Source of the DNA: Cyanobacteria bacterium J06626_4
GTDB lineage: Bacteria > Cyanobacteriota > Cyanobacteriia > Phormidesmidales > Phormidesmidaceae
DNA length: 19,153 nt
Assembly: GCA_038523235.1 (NCBI GenBank)
Contig: JBCBJQ010000110.1
Coordinates: 1 to 19,153 of the forward strand
Direction of reading: 5' to 3'
Shown here: positions 1 through 9,880 of the stretch, one piece after another
Layout: each line of letters opens with the position of its first letter
Numbering within the stretch: position 1 is the first letter of the stretch
Program-made: the position numbers and the translations under genes
Notes under the pieces: generated by a model
Database searches by the model: none
Told to the model about the DNA's origin: nothing
What the model saw: only the letters and a program-made list of their open reading frames with translations

Positions 1-2
1 AT

Positions 3-1424
3 CATCCAGATGAAACCATAAAGGTTCACTTTATTCAAAATAATAGCCAGAATTTTTTTCATCCTATATTTATTCTACAAGTTGTCAGAACTGCGAATCT
101 TATATTTGGCTTTCAATCTGAGCAGCAAATTGCTGTCCTTGGCAGAGCTACAACTGCACTAATGGGAGTTGCGATTGTTTTTCTCACATACAAAATTTCT
201 GAGCAGCAATTGCCAAGGCGATATGCTTTAGGAGCCGCCTTGCTAACAGCTGTGGCCCCAGGTACGGTGATTCATAGTCACTATCTCAAGGAGGATATTG
301 CGCTTACTTTTGGGGTATTGCTCTCATTTCTCAGTTTCTTTGCTTTAAGCGAAAGAATCAGATTGATGGCCACAGAAGTTGATCCGAAAAAAGGAAAGTA
401 TTTATTCATTGAAAATATCCCCTGGCAACAGGTAATCCTGTTTGGAGCGGCACTCGGTTTGACATTTGCGGCTAAATATAAGTCTGGTATTTTACTCCCA
501 CTGTATTTCGCAACGCCGCTGTATGTATTGGGCTTAAGAAAGCTAGCTTATTTTAAGTGCTTGTTCTGGTCATTTTTAATTTCCCTATTTACATTTCTGG
601 TGATTAACTTTCCTATATTGCTCAGCCCAAAAACATTTGTGAGGGGCTTTAGGTATGAGTTGGATCATGCTCTGACGGGGCATAACGGAATCAAAGTTTA
701 TCCCTTAGAACACTTTTTCTCGTTTCATCTAAGGAACAGTATTGTTCCATCTCTGACGATCCTTCCTGTAATTTTAGCGCTTGGATTTCTACTTTACTGT
801 ATCGTTAAGTGGGCACGTATAAATTGGAGAATCCGATTTTTAGTGTGCTATGTGGTTTTCTTCTATTTTATTTTGGAGGCTTCTCCACTCAAACCTTTTC
901 CTAACTTTATGCGCTACATGGTGCCGATTATTCCAATGCTTGCACTCTTTTGTATGCAAGCATTGGATTCTGTGATGACGGTGCTACCAAGGCGAGCTCG
1001 CTCTTTGTGTTCTTTCGCACTACTTTCTTTGATTATTATTTTTCCGCTAGTAGAAAGCGTGAAGTTTGACTATTACATCAATAAAGATACACGAGGCGAA
1101 GTAGAGAGCGTGCTGGCTGAGAAGGCAGGGAATGCACTCATGGAAGCCTATGTCGACCCCTTTGCTCACCCGGCAGATTTTTCTAGGCTGCCAGATTTGG
1201 CTGCGGAGGTGCAAAACGCAGATGTCTGTACGTTAGTAGCCAGTAGCTTTATGTATGATCGTTATTTATTCGGCGGAACTCTCAAGAACCAAGAGCCGGA
1301 TATTTATGTCAAGTATCAGCAATATCTTGATTTTTTTGAATATCCCTACACTGAAATCCGTCCCGCATATAAGAGCATTGCCTTCAGTAACCCGACGCTT
1401 AGAGTGATTGACTTGTGTGAGTAG
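3..1424 (+). CDS. ArnT/PMT (GT39/GT83-like) membrane glycosyltransferase, 5'-partial
   Basis: The frame of the 162..1424 ORF is open back to the window edge (HPDETIKVHFIQ...GRATTALMGV), so the gene starts upstream. It has the HPDE acidic motif typical of GT-C enzymes, many hydrophobic segments, and 'SHYLKED', 'AKYKSG' and 'RYMVPIIP' motifs. It is AT-rich and has no HIP1 sites. Confidence 0.75.
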   Translation, partial: HPDETIKVHFIQNNSQNFFHPIFILQVVRTANLIFGFQSEQQIAVLGRATTALMGVAIVFLTYKISEQQLPRRYALGAALLTAVAPGTVIHSHYLKEDIALTFGVLLSFLSFFALSERIRLMATEVDPKKGKYLFIENIPWQQVILFGAALGLTFAAKYKSGILLPLYFATPLYVLGLRKLAYFKCLFWSFLISLFTFLVINFPILLSPKTFVRGFRYELDHALTGHNGIKVYPLEHFFSFHLRNSIVPSLTILPVILALGFLLYCIVKWARINWRIRFLVCYVVFFYFILEASPLKPFPNFMRYMVPIIPMLALFCMQALDSVMTVLPRRARSLCSFALLSLIIIFPLVESVKFDYYINKDTRGEVESVLAEKAGNALMEAYVDPFAHPADFSRLPDLAAEVQNADVCTLVASSFMYDRYLFGGTLKNQEPDIYVKYQQYLDFFEYPYTEIRPAYKSIAFSNPTLRVIDLCE

Positions 1425-1522
1425 AGAATACCGGTTTCCAGTAACTGGTCTCCCGATGCAATCACTGGAAATGCAGGGAATTTAAAGGGTAGAGATTTTA
1501 GATTTGTCGTCCTCTTTCCGAG

Positions 1523-1548
1523 AAGCGCTATAAGCTTATAAAGCGCTT
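1523..1548. terminator. Palindromic hairpin between convergent genes (possible bidirectional terminator)
   Basis: AAGCGCT-ATAAGCTTATAA-AGCGCTT has 7-bp inverted arms around a TATAAGCTTATA palindrome. It lies between the stops of the GT gene (+) and the ACT gene (-). Confidence 0.35.
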
Positions 1549-1579
1549 TATCGCTCTCAGAGATTGATGCTCGTGAGGG

Positions 1580-2011
1580 TCAATTGTCTCCTTCTATTGA
1601 CGCTGCTTGCAAAGCAATCTGCTCTAAACAGGCGATCGCATCTGTGGCGCGATCGCAGGGGACAAACAAGTGGTCATGAAAGTAGGCCGACACCACGTTG
1701 CCACTGATGCCTTCTGCGGCTAGGGCTTGGGTCACCGTCGCGAGTAGCCCGACCGCAGCCAAACTTGAGTGGACTTTCAGCGTAATCTGCCGACACCGAT
1801 AGTGGTAAGGCAGGTGAGCGCGATCTGCTTCGGCCTGCGGCAAAATCAATGTTGTGCCTTCCTGTTCAGAGAACTGGCAAACGTACGATAGGCCCTGAGG
1901 TAAAGCTACCTCAGGGCCTATCGTACAAAAAACAAACATTGTTGGCTGCAGTTCAGGTTGCAGGGTTGCCAACAGTGTTTCAAGGTTAGATTCACCGACC
2001 GGAGGATTCAT
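1580..2011 (-). CDS. ACT-domain-containing protein (DUF2241/ACT_7 type)
   Basis: Motifs 'GESNLETLLATLQPEL...FVFCT', 'EQEGTTLIL', 'ITLKVHSSLAAVGL', 'ISGNVVSAYFHDHLFVP' match this family. The ATG at 2011 is a more likely start than 2053. Confidence 0.8.
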   Translation of the reverse strand: MNPPVGESNLETLLATLQPELQPTMFVFCTIGPEVALPQGLSYVCQFSEQEGTTLILPQAEADRAHLPYHYRCRQITLKVHSSLAAVGLLATVTQALAAEGISGNVVSAYFHDHLFVPCDRATDAIACLEQIALQAASIEGDN

Positions 2012-2096
2012 GATGACGAATGAGAAGGCTCGTGTCTTGTCGGAGAACAGCACCTGTCATAAAATCTCAAGCGCTGAACCGCGATCATCAACAAAA

Positions 2097-2333
2097 TCAA
2101 TATTTGGCCAGGTTGATGCCTGCTTCACGCGCCATAGCATTGATACCCTTTTTCTCCAGGGTTTTGATGGCTTTTGTCGATAGGCGGAGCTTGACGTAGC
2201 GGTTGCCCTGAGGCCACCAAACGCGCTTTGACTGGAGGTTAGCCTCTTGCAATCGCTTGGTGCGACGGTGAGAGTGAGAAATCGCAAAGGCATTGTTGGC
2301 CTTTTTGCCAGTTAAATCACAATGGCGAGGCAT
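2097..2333 (-). CDS. rpmB: 50S ribosomal protein L28
   Basis: [40 protein letters not shown]...[12 protein letters not shown] is a cyanobacterial L28. The ATG at 2333 gives 78 aa. Confidence 0.97.
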   Translation of the reverse strand: MPRHCDLTGKKANNAFAISHSHRRTKRLQEANLQSKRVWWPQGNRYVKLRLSTKAIKTLEKKGINAMAREAGINLAKY

Positions 2334-2372
2334 GAGGTTCTCCGAGACGTTCAAGTTTGATCACGATTTCTG

Positions 2373-2378
2373 ATTGTA
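2373..2378 (-). promoter_or_regulatory. Putative -10 element (TACAAT) of rpmB
   Basis: ATTGTA on + reads TACAAT on -, about 40 nt upstream of the rpmB ATG. Confidence 0.4.
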
Positions 2379-2436
2379 AGCCAAATCCCTCTCAAATGGT
2401 GGGGATTCACGCTAAAAGTCGTCACTATTTGTCAGT

Positions 2437-2463
2437 AAGGTGGCTGGCAGTGGCTGCCACCTT
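2437..2463 (-). terminator. Stem-loop downstream of the osmoprotectant ABC operon
   Basis: AAGGTGGC-N11-GCCACCTT is a perfect 8-bp inverted repeat about 75 nt past the permease stop. The U-tract is weak. Confidence 0.35.
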
Positions 2464-2538
2464 CCGCAATTCGGACAACGGGGACAGGATTCGCGATCGC
2501 GTAACGTCAATAACTTACTTCTGATCAGACTCGGTTTT

Positions 2539-3171
2539 CTATTTGGTCTGCGCTTTGCGGGTGGGATTGCTGCGCCGCTCTAGCCACAGCAGTAGCGCAT
2601 TAATGGCAAAGGCTAAGATCGCGACAGTGATTGAACCAGCCCAAATCTTGTCAATGCGGTTCGTTTGAATACCGTCAAACAGCAGCTGGCCGAGGCCACC
2701 GGCATTGAACTTGGCGCCAATAGTCGCGATCGCGATCGCCACGACTGCCGCAATGCGGACACCAGCCACAAACACCGGTAACACTAGCGGCACCTGTATC
2801 CACCACCACCGTTGCCACGGACTCATGCCCATGCCTCGTGAGGCTTCTAACACGGCGGGATCAATGCTCGACAACCCGACCGTGAGGTTACGCACCAAAA
2901 TCACCTGGGTATAGAGCACCATCGCCACAATGACTGATGTGGCGTTTAACCCAAACACCGGCACCAGAAAAATAATCAGGGCCAAACTCGGAATAGTGTA
3001 AATCACGCCGAGGGTGCCCATCACCGGCACTGATAGCCAACGATAGCGGGTAATCAGCAGGGCAATGGGTACGGCCACTGCGATCGCAATGATCAGCGTG
3101 ATGCTCGTCATTTGCAGGTGCTGCCAAAGCAGCCAGCCGACTTCGCTGGGATTGTTGAGCAGATACCCCAC
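2539..3171 (-). CDS. Osmoprotectant (glycine betaine/choline/proline) ABC transporter permease, OsmW/OpuBB-like
   Basis: Motifs 'YTIPSLAL', EAA loop 'DPAVLEASRGMGMS', 'PVFVAGVRIAAV..IAIATIGA..NAGGLG'. The GTG start overlaps the ATPase stop (TAGTG). Confidence 0.9.
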   Translation of the reverse strand: MGYLLNNPSEVGWLLWQHLQMTSITLIIAIAVAVPIALLITRYRWLSVPVMGTLGVIYTIPSLALIIFLVPVFGLNATSVIVAMVLYTQVILVRNLTVGLSSIDPAVLEASRGMGMSPWQRWWWIQVPLVLPVFVAGVRIAAVVAIAIATIGAKFNAGGLGQLLFDGIQTNRIDKIWAGSITVAILAFAINALLLWLERRSNPTRKAQTK

Positions 3172-4133
3172 TAGCGATTAGCCTCGGCGGCGTAACTGCG
3201 AATATGTTCTAACGTCAGTAGTCCCACTGGCTTATCTTGATCCACGACTGACAGTTCGGGGGCACCGGTTTTCAAAATTAGCGACAGGGCATCGCGCAAG
3301 TTATCGACAGCATTGACCGTCGGCTTACTACCGTTGTGATAGTTATCCGGCAGTGCCATCATGGCGGAGTTGACGCTCAACAGGCCCAACTGACGCACCA
3401 TATCATCGGCACCCAACAGCTCATGCACAAAGGGATCGGCTGGCTGGGTTAGTAAATTAAAGGGCGTATCAAACTGTACGATCTGACCGGCATTCATCAC
3501 TAAAATGCGATCGCCCAGCCGCAGTGCCTCATCAACATCGTGGGAAACAAACAAAATCGTCTTTTGCAGTTGCTGCTGCAGCCGCAGAATCTCAGTCTGC
3601 AGCGCCGTCCGCGTAATCGCATCGATCGCGCCAAAGGGTTCGTCCATCAGCATATAGGCCGGATCGCCCGCCAGGGCACGGGCAATGCCGACACGCTGCT
3701 GCTGCCCGCCCGAGAGCTGGGCGGGATAGCGATCGCGATATTCTGTCGGTGGTAACTTTACCAGCTGCAGCAGTTCGTCAACTCGCGCCTGAATACGTGG
3801 GTTGGGCCATTTCAACAGCTTGGGCACCACCGCCACGTTATCGGCCACGGTCATATGCGGAAACAGCCCTGATTGCTGGATCACATAGCCAATTTTTTGA
3901 CGCAGTTTAGTGGGCTTGAGGCGCTTGATATCTTGGCCATCAATATAGATGCGCCCGGATGTGGGCTCATAAAGCCGGTTCACCATTTTGAGCAGCGTCG
4001 TCTTGCCGCAGCCCGAGGGGCCTAAAATCACCACCAGTTCCCCAGAAGCGACTTCGCAGCTGACTTGATTCACCGCCGGTCGAGACATCCCAGAAAACTC
4101 CAGGGTGACTTGATCAAATTGAATGCTGCCCAT
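3171..4133 (-). CDS. Osmoprotectant ABC transporter ATP-binding protein, OsmV/OpuBA-like
   Basis: Walker A GPSGCGKT, 'IGYVIQQSGLFPHMTV', LSGGQQQRVG signature, Walker B MLMDEPFGA and a C-terminal CBS-like segment. The likely start is the ATG at 4133 (MGSIQF). Confidence 0.92.
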   Translation of the reverse strand: MGSIQFDQVTLEFSGMSRPAVNQVSCEVASGELVVILGPSGCGKTTLLKMVNRLYEPTSGRIYIDGQDIKRLKPTKLRQKIGYVIQQSGLFPHMTVADNVAVVPKLLKWPNPRIQARVDELLQLVKLPPTEYRDRYPAQLSGGQQQRVGIARALAGDPAYMLMDEPFGAIDAITRTALQTEILRLQQQLQKTILFVSHDVDEALRLGDRILVMNAGQIVQFDTPFNLLTQPADPFVHELLGADDMVRQLGLLSVNSAMMALPDNYHNGSKPTVNAVDNLRDALSLILKTGAPELSVVDQDKPVGLLTLEHIRSYAAEANR

Positions 4134-4254
4134 AGCGTTGCAAGATAAATGAGAAATTCGGAACAGGGAATGCGATCGCCGGTGTGCATTAGCCCACACT
4201 GGCTGGGCAAGCAGATGGCAAGTGGTCTCAGCGCTGTGCTCTCAGTGGCGTGGG

Positions 4255-5175
4255 CTACTCTGCCGCGTCTTCCTGCAGCCAACCATATTCCACCAAAAAG
4301 TCTTGGGCAACTTCATCGGGTTCGCGCGCTTCACCAGTCACCTGATAGTTGAGAGACTGCATGACTTCGTCCGTAATCACGGGAGACAAATCGTCTAAGA
4401 TCCCTTGAACTTCTGGCATCGTATCCAGCAGTTCTTGGCGGACCACTGGGGCGACTTGATAAGGCGGAAAGAGTTGCTGATCGTCCTCTAAAATCACGAG
4501 GTCAAAGGCGCTAATCTCACCATCGGTGCCAAAGGCGACGGCAACGTCAGCTTCGCCATCGACCAATCCCTGATACCGCAGACCGGGGTCAACGGCCTTA
4601 TAGCTGGCTAACTCAAAATTTCCGTAGGCGGCCTTCAATCCCGGCAAGCCATCTTCTCTAACTTCAAACTCCGGCGGCCCAATTAACACTAAATCGCTGG
4701 CCTGTTCAGCAAAATCAGAAATAGTTGTAATCCCCAGCTCTTGGGACTGCTCTTGGGTCATGGCCAAGGCCTGGGTGTTATTCATCGGTGCCGGGGCCAG
4801 CCAAACCAAGTTGAAGCGCTCTTTGTACTCACTAGAGACTGTTTCGAACACAGCTTCTGGGTCGCTATCGGCCGGTGCTTTGAGCACCGTCAGCAAGCCA
4901 GTGCCCGTATATTCGGGATACAGGTCAATTTCGCCGCTTTCGAGGGCAGCTTGGGCGACCGGTGTACCGCCCAAGTTGAGCTTACGTTCGACCTGGTAGC
5001 CAGCATCTTCGAGCACCAGTGCGTAGATCTCGCCCAAAATGAGCTGCTCGGTAAAGTCTTTAGAGCCAATGCGAATAACCTCTCCCCCGCCCGTACTCCC
5101 CGCGCAGGCGACGGCGATCAAGGCCGCACTGACCAATAAAGCAGTAGAAGAAAGCCATCGGCGCAAACTTTTCAT
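4255..5175 (-). CDS. Osmoprotectant ABC transporter substrate-binding lipoprotein, OsmF/OpuBC-like
   Basis: Signal peptide with lipobox AVAC, plus 'IRIGSKDFTEQLILGEIY', 'GEIDLYPEYTGT', 'NNTQAL' and 'LEDDQQLFPPY'. Confidence 0.92.
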   Translation of the reverse strand: MKSLRRWLSSTALLVSAALIAVACAGSTGGGEVIRIGSKDFTEQLILGEIYALVLEDAGYQVERKLNLGGTPVAQAALESGEIDLYPEYTGTGLLTVLKAPADSDPEAVFETVSSEYKERFNLVWLAPAPMNNTQALAMTQEQSQELGITTISDFAEQASDLVLIGPPEFEVREDGLPGLKAAYGNFELASYKAVDPGLRYQGLVDGEADVAVAFGTDGEISAFDLVILEDDQQLFPPYQVAPVVRQELLDTMPEVQGILDDLSPVITDEVMQSLNYQVTGEAREPDEVAQDFLVEYGWLQEDAAE

Positions 5176-5419
5176 GGGTAGGCTCTTAACGGGTTGAAAA
5201 GGCTAGAGAGATACGACTTTGAGGATAACATTCAGCCACCGGTAGCCATTGAGTCAACCGATGGAGTTTTTTCGAATATTTCGAGCAGAAGACATGAGGA
5301 ATGACAGTCAGGGAGTAAGGAGACAAGAGAGCAGGATTCCGGTTATGGGGTTGAGAATTGGCTTGGGTGCGGGGGGGAGCTAGAGGGCCCAAATGGTCTT
5401 GTGATGGATGAGGGGAAAT

Positions 5420-6640
5420 TTATGGGGTGCGCGATTCGGCAGGCGGAGTAATGCCGCGCCGCACCAGTCCGGCATCTAGCGTTTGCAAAAACTCAAACTC
5501 TTGGGCTGGCAGGGGCCGATCGCCCGGTGGATGATCGGAAGTCAGAAAATCAAAAGCGGCTTTCAAATCAGTTGGCCCCATATCGATAGGAGCCTCTAGA
5601 TGGCAGGGAATGACGCGCTCAAACTGCCATTGGGTCACGGCCTCGACCCAGGTTTTGACGGTGGCGCGATCGCGATTAAAGATCAGGGTTTGCAATACGG
5701 GGGCGACAAAGGGGCGACCGCCACCGTGCAGCGCCTCAAAGGATGCTGGCCAGTCCGCTGCCCAGCAAAAAGGATAGAGCCCGAAGTAGGCCTGGCGTGA
5801 TCGATCCGGCGCGTTTTTGGCGTCCTTGAAGGCTTGAGTGAGGGTCGGGACGTCTAACGCACTGGGCTGAAAGAAAAAGGCGAAGAGAGCAATGCGATGC
5901 CACCCCCGCTGCCGGTTTTCGGGCGTGTCGATTAGGGGCTCATCAGCGCGATCACGGGCGTGAAACAGTAGCGGATAAGGGTCGAGATCGAGCACGGCGG
6001 GGGGCGTAAACGGCACCGATACGAGCGTATCGGTGAGTAGCAGAGTACGGGTATCACGGTGGAACAACGCCACTTCCACAAACGGGCCTAGCCCCAACTT
6101 GATCGGGCCTAACGTCATCCAATCAAACTGGTCGGCAAAGGGGAGATGCATACCCTCAGACAATACCTGGGTTCGTTTGCGGGGCAGGCCGAGCCAGCTT
6201 AATGGCAGGTCAAGGGGAAAGCTCCATTGGTGAGGCGCAACGTAGATGTGAGCTTGGGGAAAGCGCCGGGCAAACGGGCCGACAAACACTTTGTGTTCGA
6301 TGCCCGTGGTGGTGGACTGAATGATGTATCGCACCGGCCCGTACTGCGCTTCGAGCGCTCGCACCTGCCGAATACACTCTGGTGTCGGGGCAACGGGGGA
6401 GTACACCAGCAGTCCAGACGGTTGCAGCCTTACGATCGTCATGCGAATGGGCACCACGACGTAAAAGATGCCCTGATATTGATCAAAGGTCCAAATCGTC
6501 TCTTTGACGACTTCTTGCATCAGGGTGGGGCGTTGGCCATAGGGATACAGCGGCACCACTGGCCAAAATGGCCAGGCCCACGCTGCGCGATCGCTCCGCC
6601 TGGCGACAGTGGTGTCTGAAGGTGATGTTTGCCTCGCCAT
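5420..6640 (-). CDS. DUF4336 family protein (metallo-hydrolase-like, unknown function)
   Basis: Motifs 'WPFWPVVPLYPYGQRPT', 'YVVVPIRMTIVRL', 'GIEHKVF', 'TLLLTD', 'FERVIPCHL' are typical of cyanobacterial DUF4336. The likely start is the ATG at 6640 (MARQTS). Confidence 0.85.
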   Translation of the reverse strand: MARQTSPSDTTVARRSDRAAWAWPFWPVVPLYPYGQRPTLMQEVVKETIWTFDQYQGIFYVVVPIRMTIVRLQPSGLLVYSPVAPTPECIRQVRALEAQYGPVRYIIQSTTTGIEHKVFVGPFARRFPQAHIYVAPHQWSFPLDLPLSWLGLPRKRTQVLSEGMHLPFADQFDWMTLGPIKLGLGPFVEVALFHRDTRTLLLTDTLVSVPFTPPAVLDLDPYPLLFHARDRADEPLIDTPENRQRGWHRIALFAFFFQPSALDVPTLTQAFKDAKNAPDRSRQAYFGLYPFCWAADWPASFEALHGGGRPFVAPVLQTLIFNRDRATVKTWVEAVTQWQFERVIPCHLEAPIDMGPTDLKAAFDFLTSDHPPGDRPLPAQEFEFLQTLDAGLVRRGITPPAESRTP

Positions 6641-6823
6641 AGTGCCTAAATTTGCCTTGCCCCTTTTGAATTGTAGAGATCTCTGGGCATCCGGTTTCTC
6701 CCAGAATCTCCGGTGAGGTGGGTGATCAGTGGGACGGCCCCCACCGACATTTGACAGGATGATGACGCTTTTGCCCGCTGACTCCAGCGCCACCGTGGAT
6801 AAACGAGGGCCATTTGTCACCCC

Positions 6824-7888
6824 TCATGGTGGATCGCTGGGCAGGGTTAAATCGCCAAATCCCTTCGCCTGCAGTAGCCGCTTACGGCGTTGTCGAGCTA
6901 AGGCCTGGAGGTCAACGTTGAGATCGGTCTCATCGACAATTTCACCCGTCAGCTCTTCTAAAACATCCTCTAATGTCACAACGCCTGAGACGCCGCCGTA
7001 TTCATCTACTACGACAGCAATATGTTCCTGATTGGTTTGAAAGGCCTGCAGCAGTTTGTCGGCGCGCTCCGTTTCGGCGATGAATCGCACTGGTCGCTGC
7101 AGAGTACTGATCGGGTGTTCCCCTTGGTTTTGAATCAGCGCTGTCAGCAAGTCATCTTTTAGAGCAATGCCTTGAATGCGGTCAATATCTTCTTCTACTA
7201 GGAGAATGCGGCTGTGCTGAGAGGCGATGATATCGTCTTTGAGATTGGCGATCGCCGCTTGCGCGGGTAAGTACGTCAGCTCGACCCGGGGGGTCATAAT
7301 GTGGGCCGCCTCGATATCATTGAGGCGAAAAACGCGACGAATCATCTCGGCCTCATCTTGTTCGATGATGCCTTCTTGATAGCCAATGGAGGCGAGCAGC
7401 TTGATCTCGGTTTCGTTGGTAATAGGCTGACGGCCTTTGCGCGTAAAGGGGGCGGTGACGCGTTCTAGCAATACCACGAGCGGCGTCATTGCCCAAGTCA
7501 CGCCCTGAGTCGGCATCGCCATGATTAAGGCGATGGGTTGGGCATGCTGCTCCGCGAGGGTTTTGGGCAGAATTTCAGCGAAGACGATGACAAGAAAGGT
7601 GAGGATGCCCGAGAATACGCCCAGCAGGGCATCGCCAAAAACATCCGCTGCCACGCTGCCGATGACGATGCTGCCCACGATATTAAATAGGTTGTTGAGA
7701 ATGACGATCGTGGCAATGGGACGATTGATCCGTTGGCGGATGGCTAACAGGGCCAAAGCTCGGGGATTACCTGATTGCGCCAGCTGCCGCGCCTTGAGAA
7801 TTGACACCGATAAGAGGGCGGTTTCGGTGCCGGAGCAGAGGGCCGACCCAATCAACATAATGAGTACGGCGATCGCGAGTTTCAACAT
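6824..7888 (-). CDS. CNNM/DUF21 plus CBS-pair protein (hemolysin-family, TlyC/CorB-like)
   Basis: N-terminal 'SALCSGTETALLS', 'ILNNLFNI', 'FAEILPKT', followed by a CBS pair 'IMTPRVE...HSRI...VVVDEYGGVSGVVTLEDVLEELTGEI'. Confidence 0.9.
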   Translation of the reverse strand: MLKLAIAVLIMLIGSALCSGTETALLSVSILKARQLAQSGNPRALALLAIRQRINRPIATIVILNNLFNIVGSIVIGSVAADVFGDALLGVFSGILTFLVIVFAEILPKTLAEQHAQPIALIMAMPTQGVTWAMTPLVVLLERVTAPFTRKGRQPITNETEIKLLASIGYQEGIIEQDEAEMIRRVFRLNDIEAAHIMTPRVELTYLPAQAAIANLKDDIIASQHSRILLVEEDIDRIQGIALKDDLLTALIQNQGEHPISTLQRPVRFIAETERADKLLQAFQTNQEHIAVVVDEYGGVSGVVTLEDVLEELTGEIVDETDLNVDLQALARQRRKRLLQAKGFGDLTLPSDPP

Positions 7889-7925
7889 CCTTCTCTAAAG
7901 TGAACCGTTTTTGAGGGGACACCGC

Positions 7926-7934
7926 TGTTATGAT
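7926..7934 (+). promoter_or_regulatory. Putative extended -10 promoter (TGnTATGAT) for the ABC ATPase gene
   Basis: TGTTATGAT lies in the short divergent intergenic region, about 35-45 nt upstream of the start. Confidence 0.4.
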
Positions 7935-7978
7935 CCTGCTAATTCAACTGTACGCTGCAATCGTCTGTGTTTGACCCC

Positions 7979-9880
7979 ATGACTGTTCCTGTGTTGGATG
8001 TTCGTCACCTGTCTGTGCAATTCAAAACCGATAGCGGCCTGATTCGTGCCGTTGATGATGTTTCTTTTCAAGTGCCTCGGGGCCAAACCCTGGGCATTGT
8101 GGGTGAATCAGGCTCAGGCAAATCGGTGACGGCGCTGACCGTGATGGATCTGGTGCCGAGCCCACCGGGCGAAATTACGGCGGGCGAGATTTATTTTTGT
8201 GCTGAGGACGGGGTGCCGGCCGTTAATTTGCGCTCAGTTACGCCACAAACGCTGCAAAAGCTGCGGGGCGAGCAAATCTCGATGATTTTTCAGGAGCCGA
8301 TGAGTTCCCTCAATCCGGTCTATACCTGTGGGTTTCAGCTGGTGGAGGCAATTTTGCAGCACCAGACCATTACTAAAGAGGCGGCAACGCAGCAGGCGAT
8401 CTCGCGACTGCAAGAGGTGAAACTGCTCGACAGTGATGCTGAGTTGATGGCAGAAATCACCGCCGCCTCTCCGGGTTGGGATGATCGGCAAGTCGCCGAG
8501 GCCGTGCAGCGCCGCAAGCAGGAAATACTCAATCGCTATCCCCACGAACTTTCGGGCGGACAACTGCAGCGGGTGATGATTGCTATGGCGATCGCCTGCG
8601 ACCCGACGCTGCTGATTGCCGACGAACCCACTACTGCATTGGATGTCACGGTGCAGGCGCGCATCCTCGATCTGCTGCGCGAATTGCGCGATCGGCGAGG
8701 CATGGGCATGGTTTTTATCACCCATGACCTCGGCATCATTGCCGAAATTGCCGATCATGTTGCCGTCATGTATCAAGGCCAAATCGTTGAATCTGGCCCG
8801 GTTTGGGATATTTTTGCCAATCCTCAGCATCCCTACACCAAGGGACTCCTCGCCTGTCGGCCCTCGCCCACGCAGCGCCTACGTCAGCTGCCTACGGTAG
8901 CCGATTTTATGGAAGTGGTGCCGACGACCAATGGCGCGGTGCAAATTCGCGAGCGGCTGCATGATCAAGCGGAATTGGCCGCCTTTCAAACAACCGTTTC
9001 AGCCGCAGAATCGGCCGCCCGGCTGCAGGTCATTGAGCAGCAGGGGCCACTACTGCAGGTCGAAAATTTGCGCGTGGGCTATCCGGTTCGCGGGGTCTTT
9101 GGCAATACTCAGCGTCGTGTGATGGCGGTGAATGATGTTTCTTTTGCGGTGTATCAAGGCGAAACCTTTGGCCTGGTGGGCGAATCGGGCTGTGGCAAAA
9201 CCACCCTGGGCCGAGCCCTATTGCAGCTGGTGCCGGCGATGGGCGGTCATATCTGGTTTGATGGTCAAGACGCGCTGGCAGCGCGCGGCGCGGCGCTGAA
9301 AAAGCTGCGGCGAGAAATGCAGTACATTTTCCAGGATCCCTTTAGTGCTCTCGATCCGCGGATGAGTGTGGGGGCGGCGATCGCTGAGCCGCTGCGCATT
9401 CACAAGGTGGCCCGCAGTCGTCGCAACCAACAGGAGCGAGTCGCCTATCTGTTAGAACGGGTGGGGCTTGACCCGGGCTGTATCAAGCGCTTTCCCCATG
9501 AATTTTCGGGCGGACAGCGGCAGCGCATCTGCATTGCCCGCGCACTGGCGTTAAATCCTCAGTTCATCATTTGCGATGAGTCGGTATCGGCGCTGGATGT
9601 CTCGGTGCAGGCTCAAGTGCTGAATCTGCTGAAAGAACTCCAGGCAGAGTTCAAGCTAACCTACATCTTTATTTCCCATGATCTGGCCGTGGTGAAATTC
9701 ATGAGCGATCGCATCATGGTGATGAATCAAGGTCAGCTGGAAGAGTTGGGGCCTGCCGACCAGGTTTATAACGAACCGCAGCAGCCCTATACTCAGCGCT
9801 TGATTGAGGCGATTCCGGTCGGTAACCTGGAGCGGATTCAAGAATTACAAGCGGCTCGGAAAGGTGCGATCGCCCGCTAA
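7979..9880 (+). CDS. Peptide/nickel-type ABC transporter ATP-binding protein with two fused ATPase domains (DppD/DppF-like)
   Basis: Two Walker A motifs ([16 protein letters not shown]), two signatures ([20 protein letters not shown]), Walker [10 protein letters not shown] and CDESVSALD, and 'PQHPYT'/'PQQPYT' tails. The start is ATG 7979 or GTG 7967. Confidence 0.93.
   Translation: MTVPVLDVRHLSVQFKTDSGLIRAVDDVSFQVPRGQTLGIVGESGSGKSVTALTVMDLVPSPPGEITAGEIYFCAEDGVPAVNLRSVTPQTLQKLRGEQISMIFQEPMSSLNPVYTCGFQLVEAILQHQTITKEAATQQAISRLQEVKLLDSDAELMAEITAASPGWDDRQVAEAVQRRKQEILNRYPHELSGGQLQRVMIAMAIACDPTLLIADEPTTALDVTVQARILDLLRELRDRRGMGMVFITHDLGIIAEIADHVAVMYQGQIVESGPVWDIFANPQHPYTKGLLACRPSPTQRLRQLPTVADFMEVVPTTNGAVQIRERLHDQAELAAFQTTVSAAESAARLQVIEQQGPLLQVENLRVGYPVRGVFGNTQRRVMAVNDVSFAVYQGETFGLVGESGCGKTTLGRALLQLVPAMGGHIWFDGQDALAARGAALKKLRREMQYIFQDPFSALDPRMSVGAAIAEPLRIHKVARSRRNQQERVAYLLERVGLDPGCIKRFPHEFSGGQRQRICIARALALNPQFIICDESVSALDVSVQAQVLNLLKELQAEFKLTYIFISHDLAVVKFMSDRIMVMNQGQLEELGPADQVYNEPQQPYTQRLIEAIPVGNLERIQELQAARKGAIAR

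Noticed and set aside
5186..5392. 68-aa minus-strand ORF upstream of the binding-protein gene as a leader peptide or missing permease
   Set aside because: It is not hydrophobic, has no permease motif and has a non-ATG start without a clear RBS. It is most likely promoter DNA.
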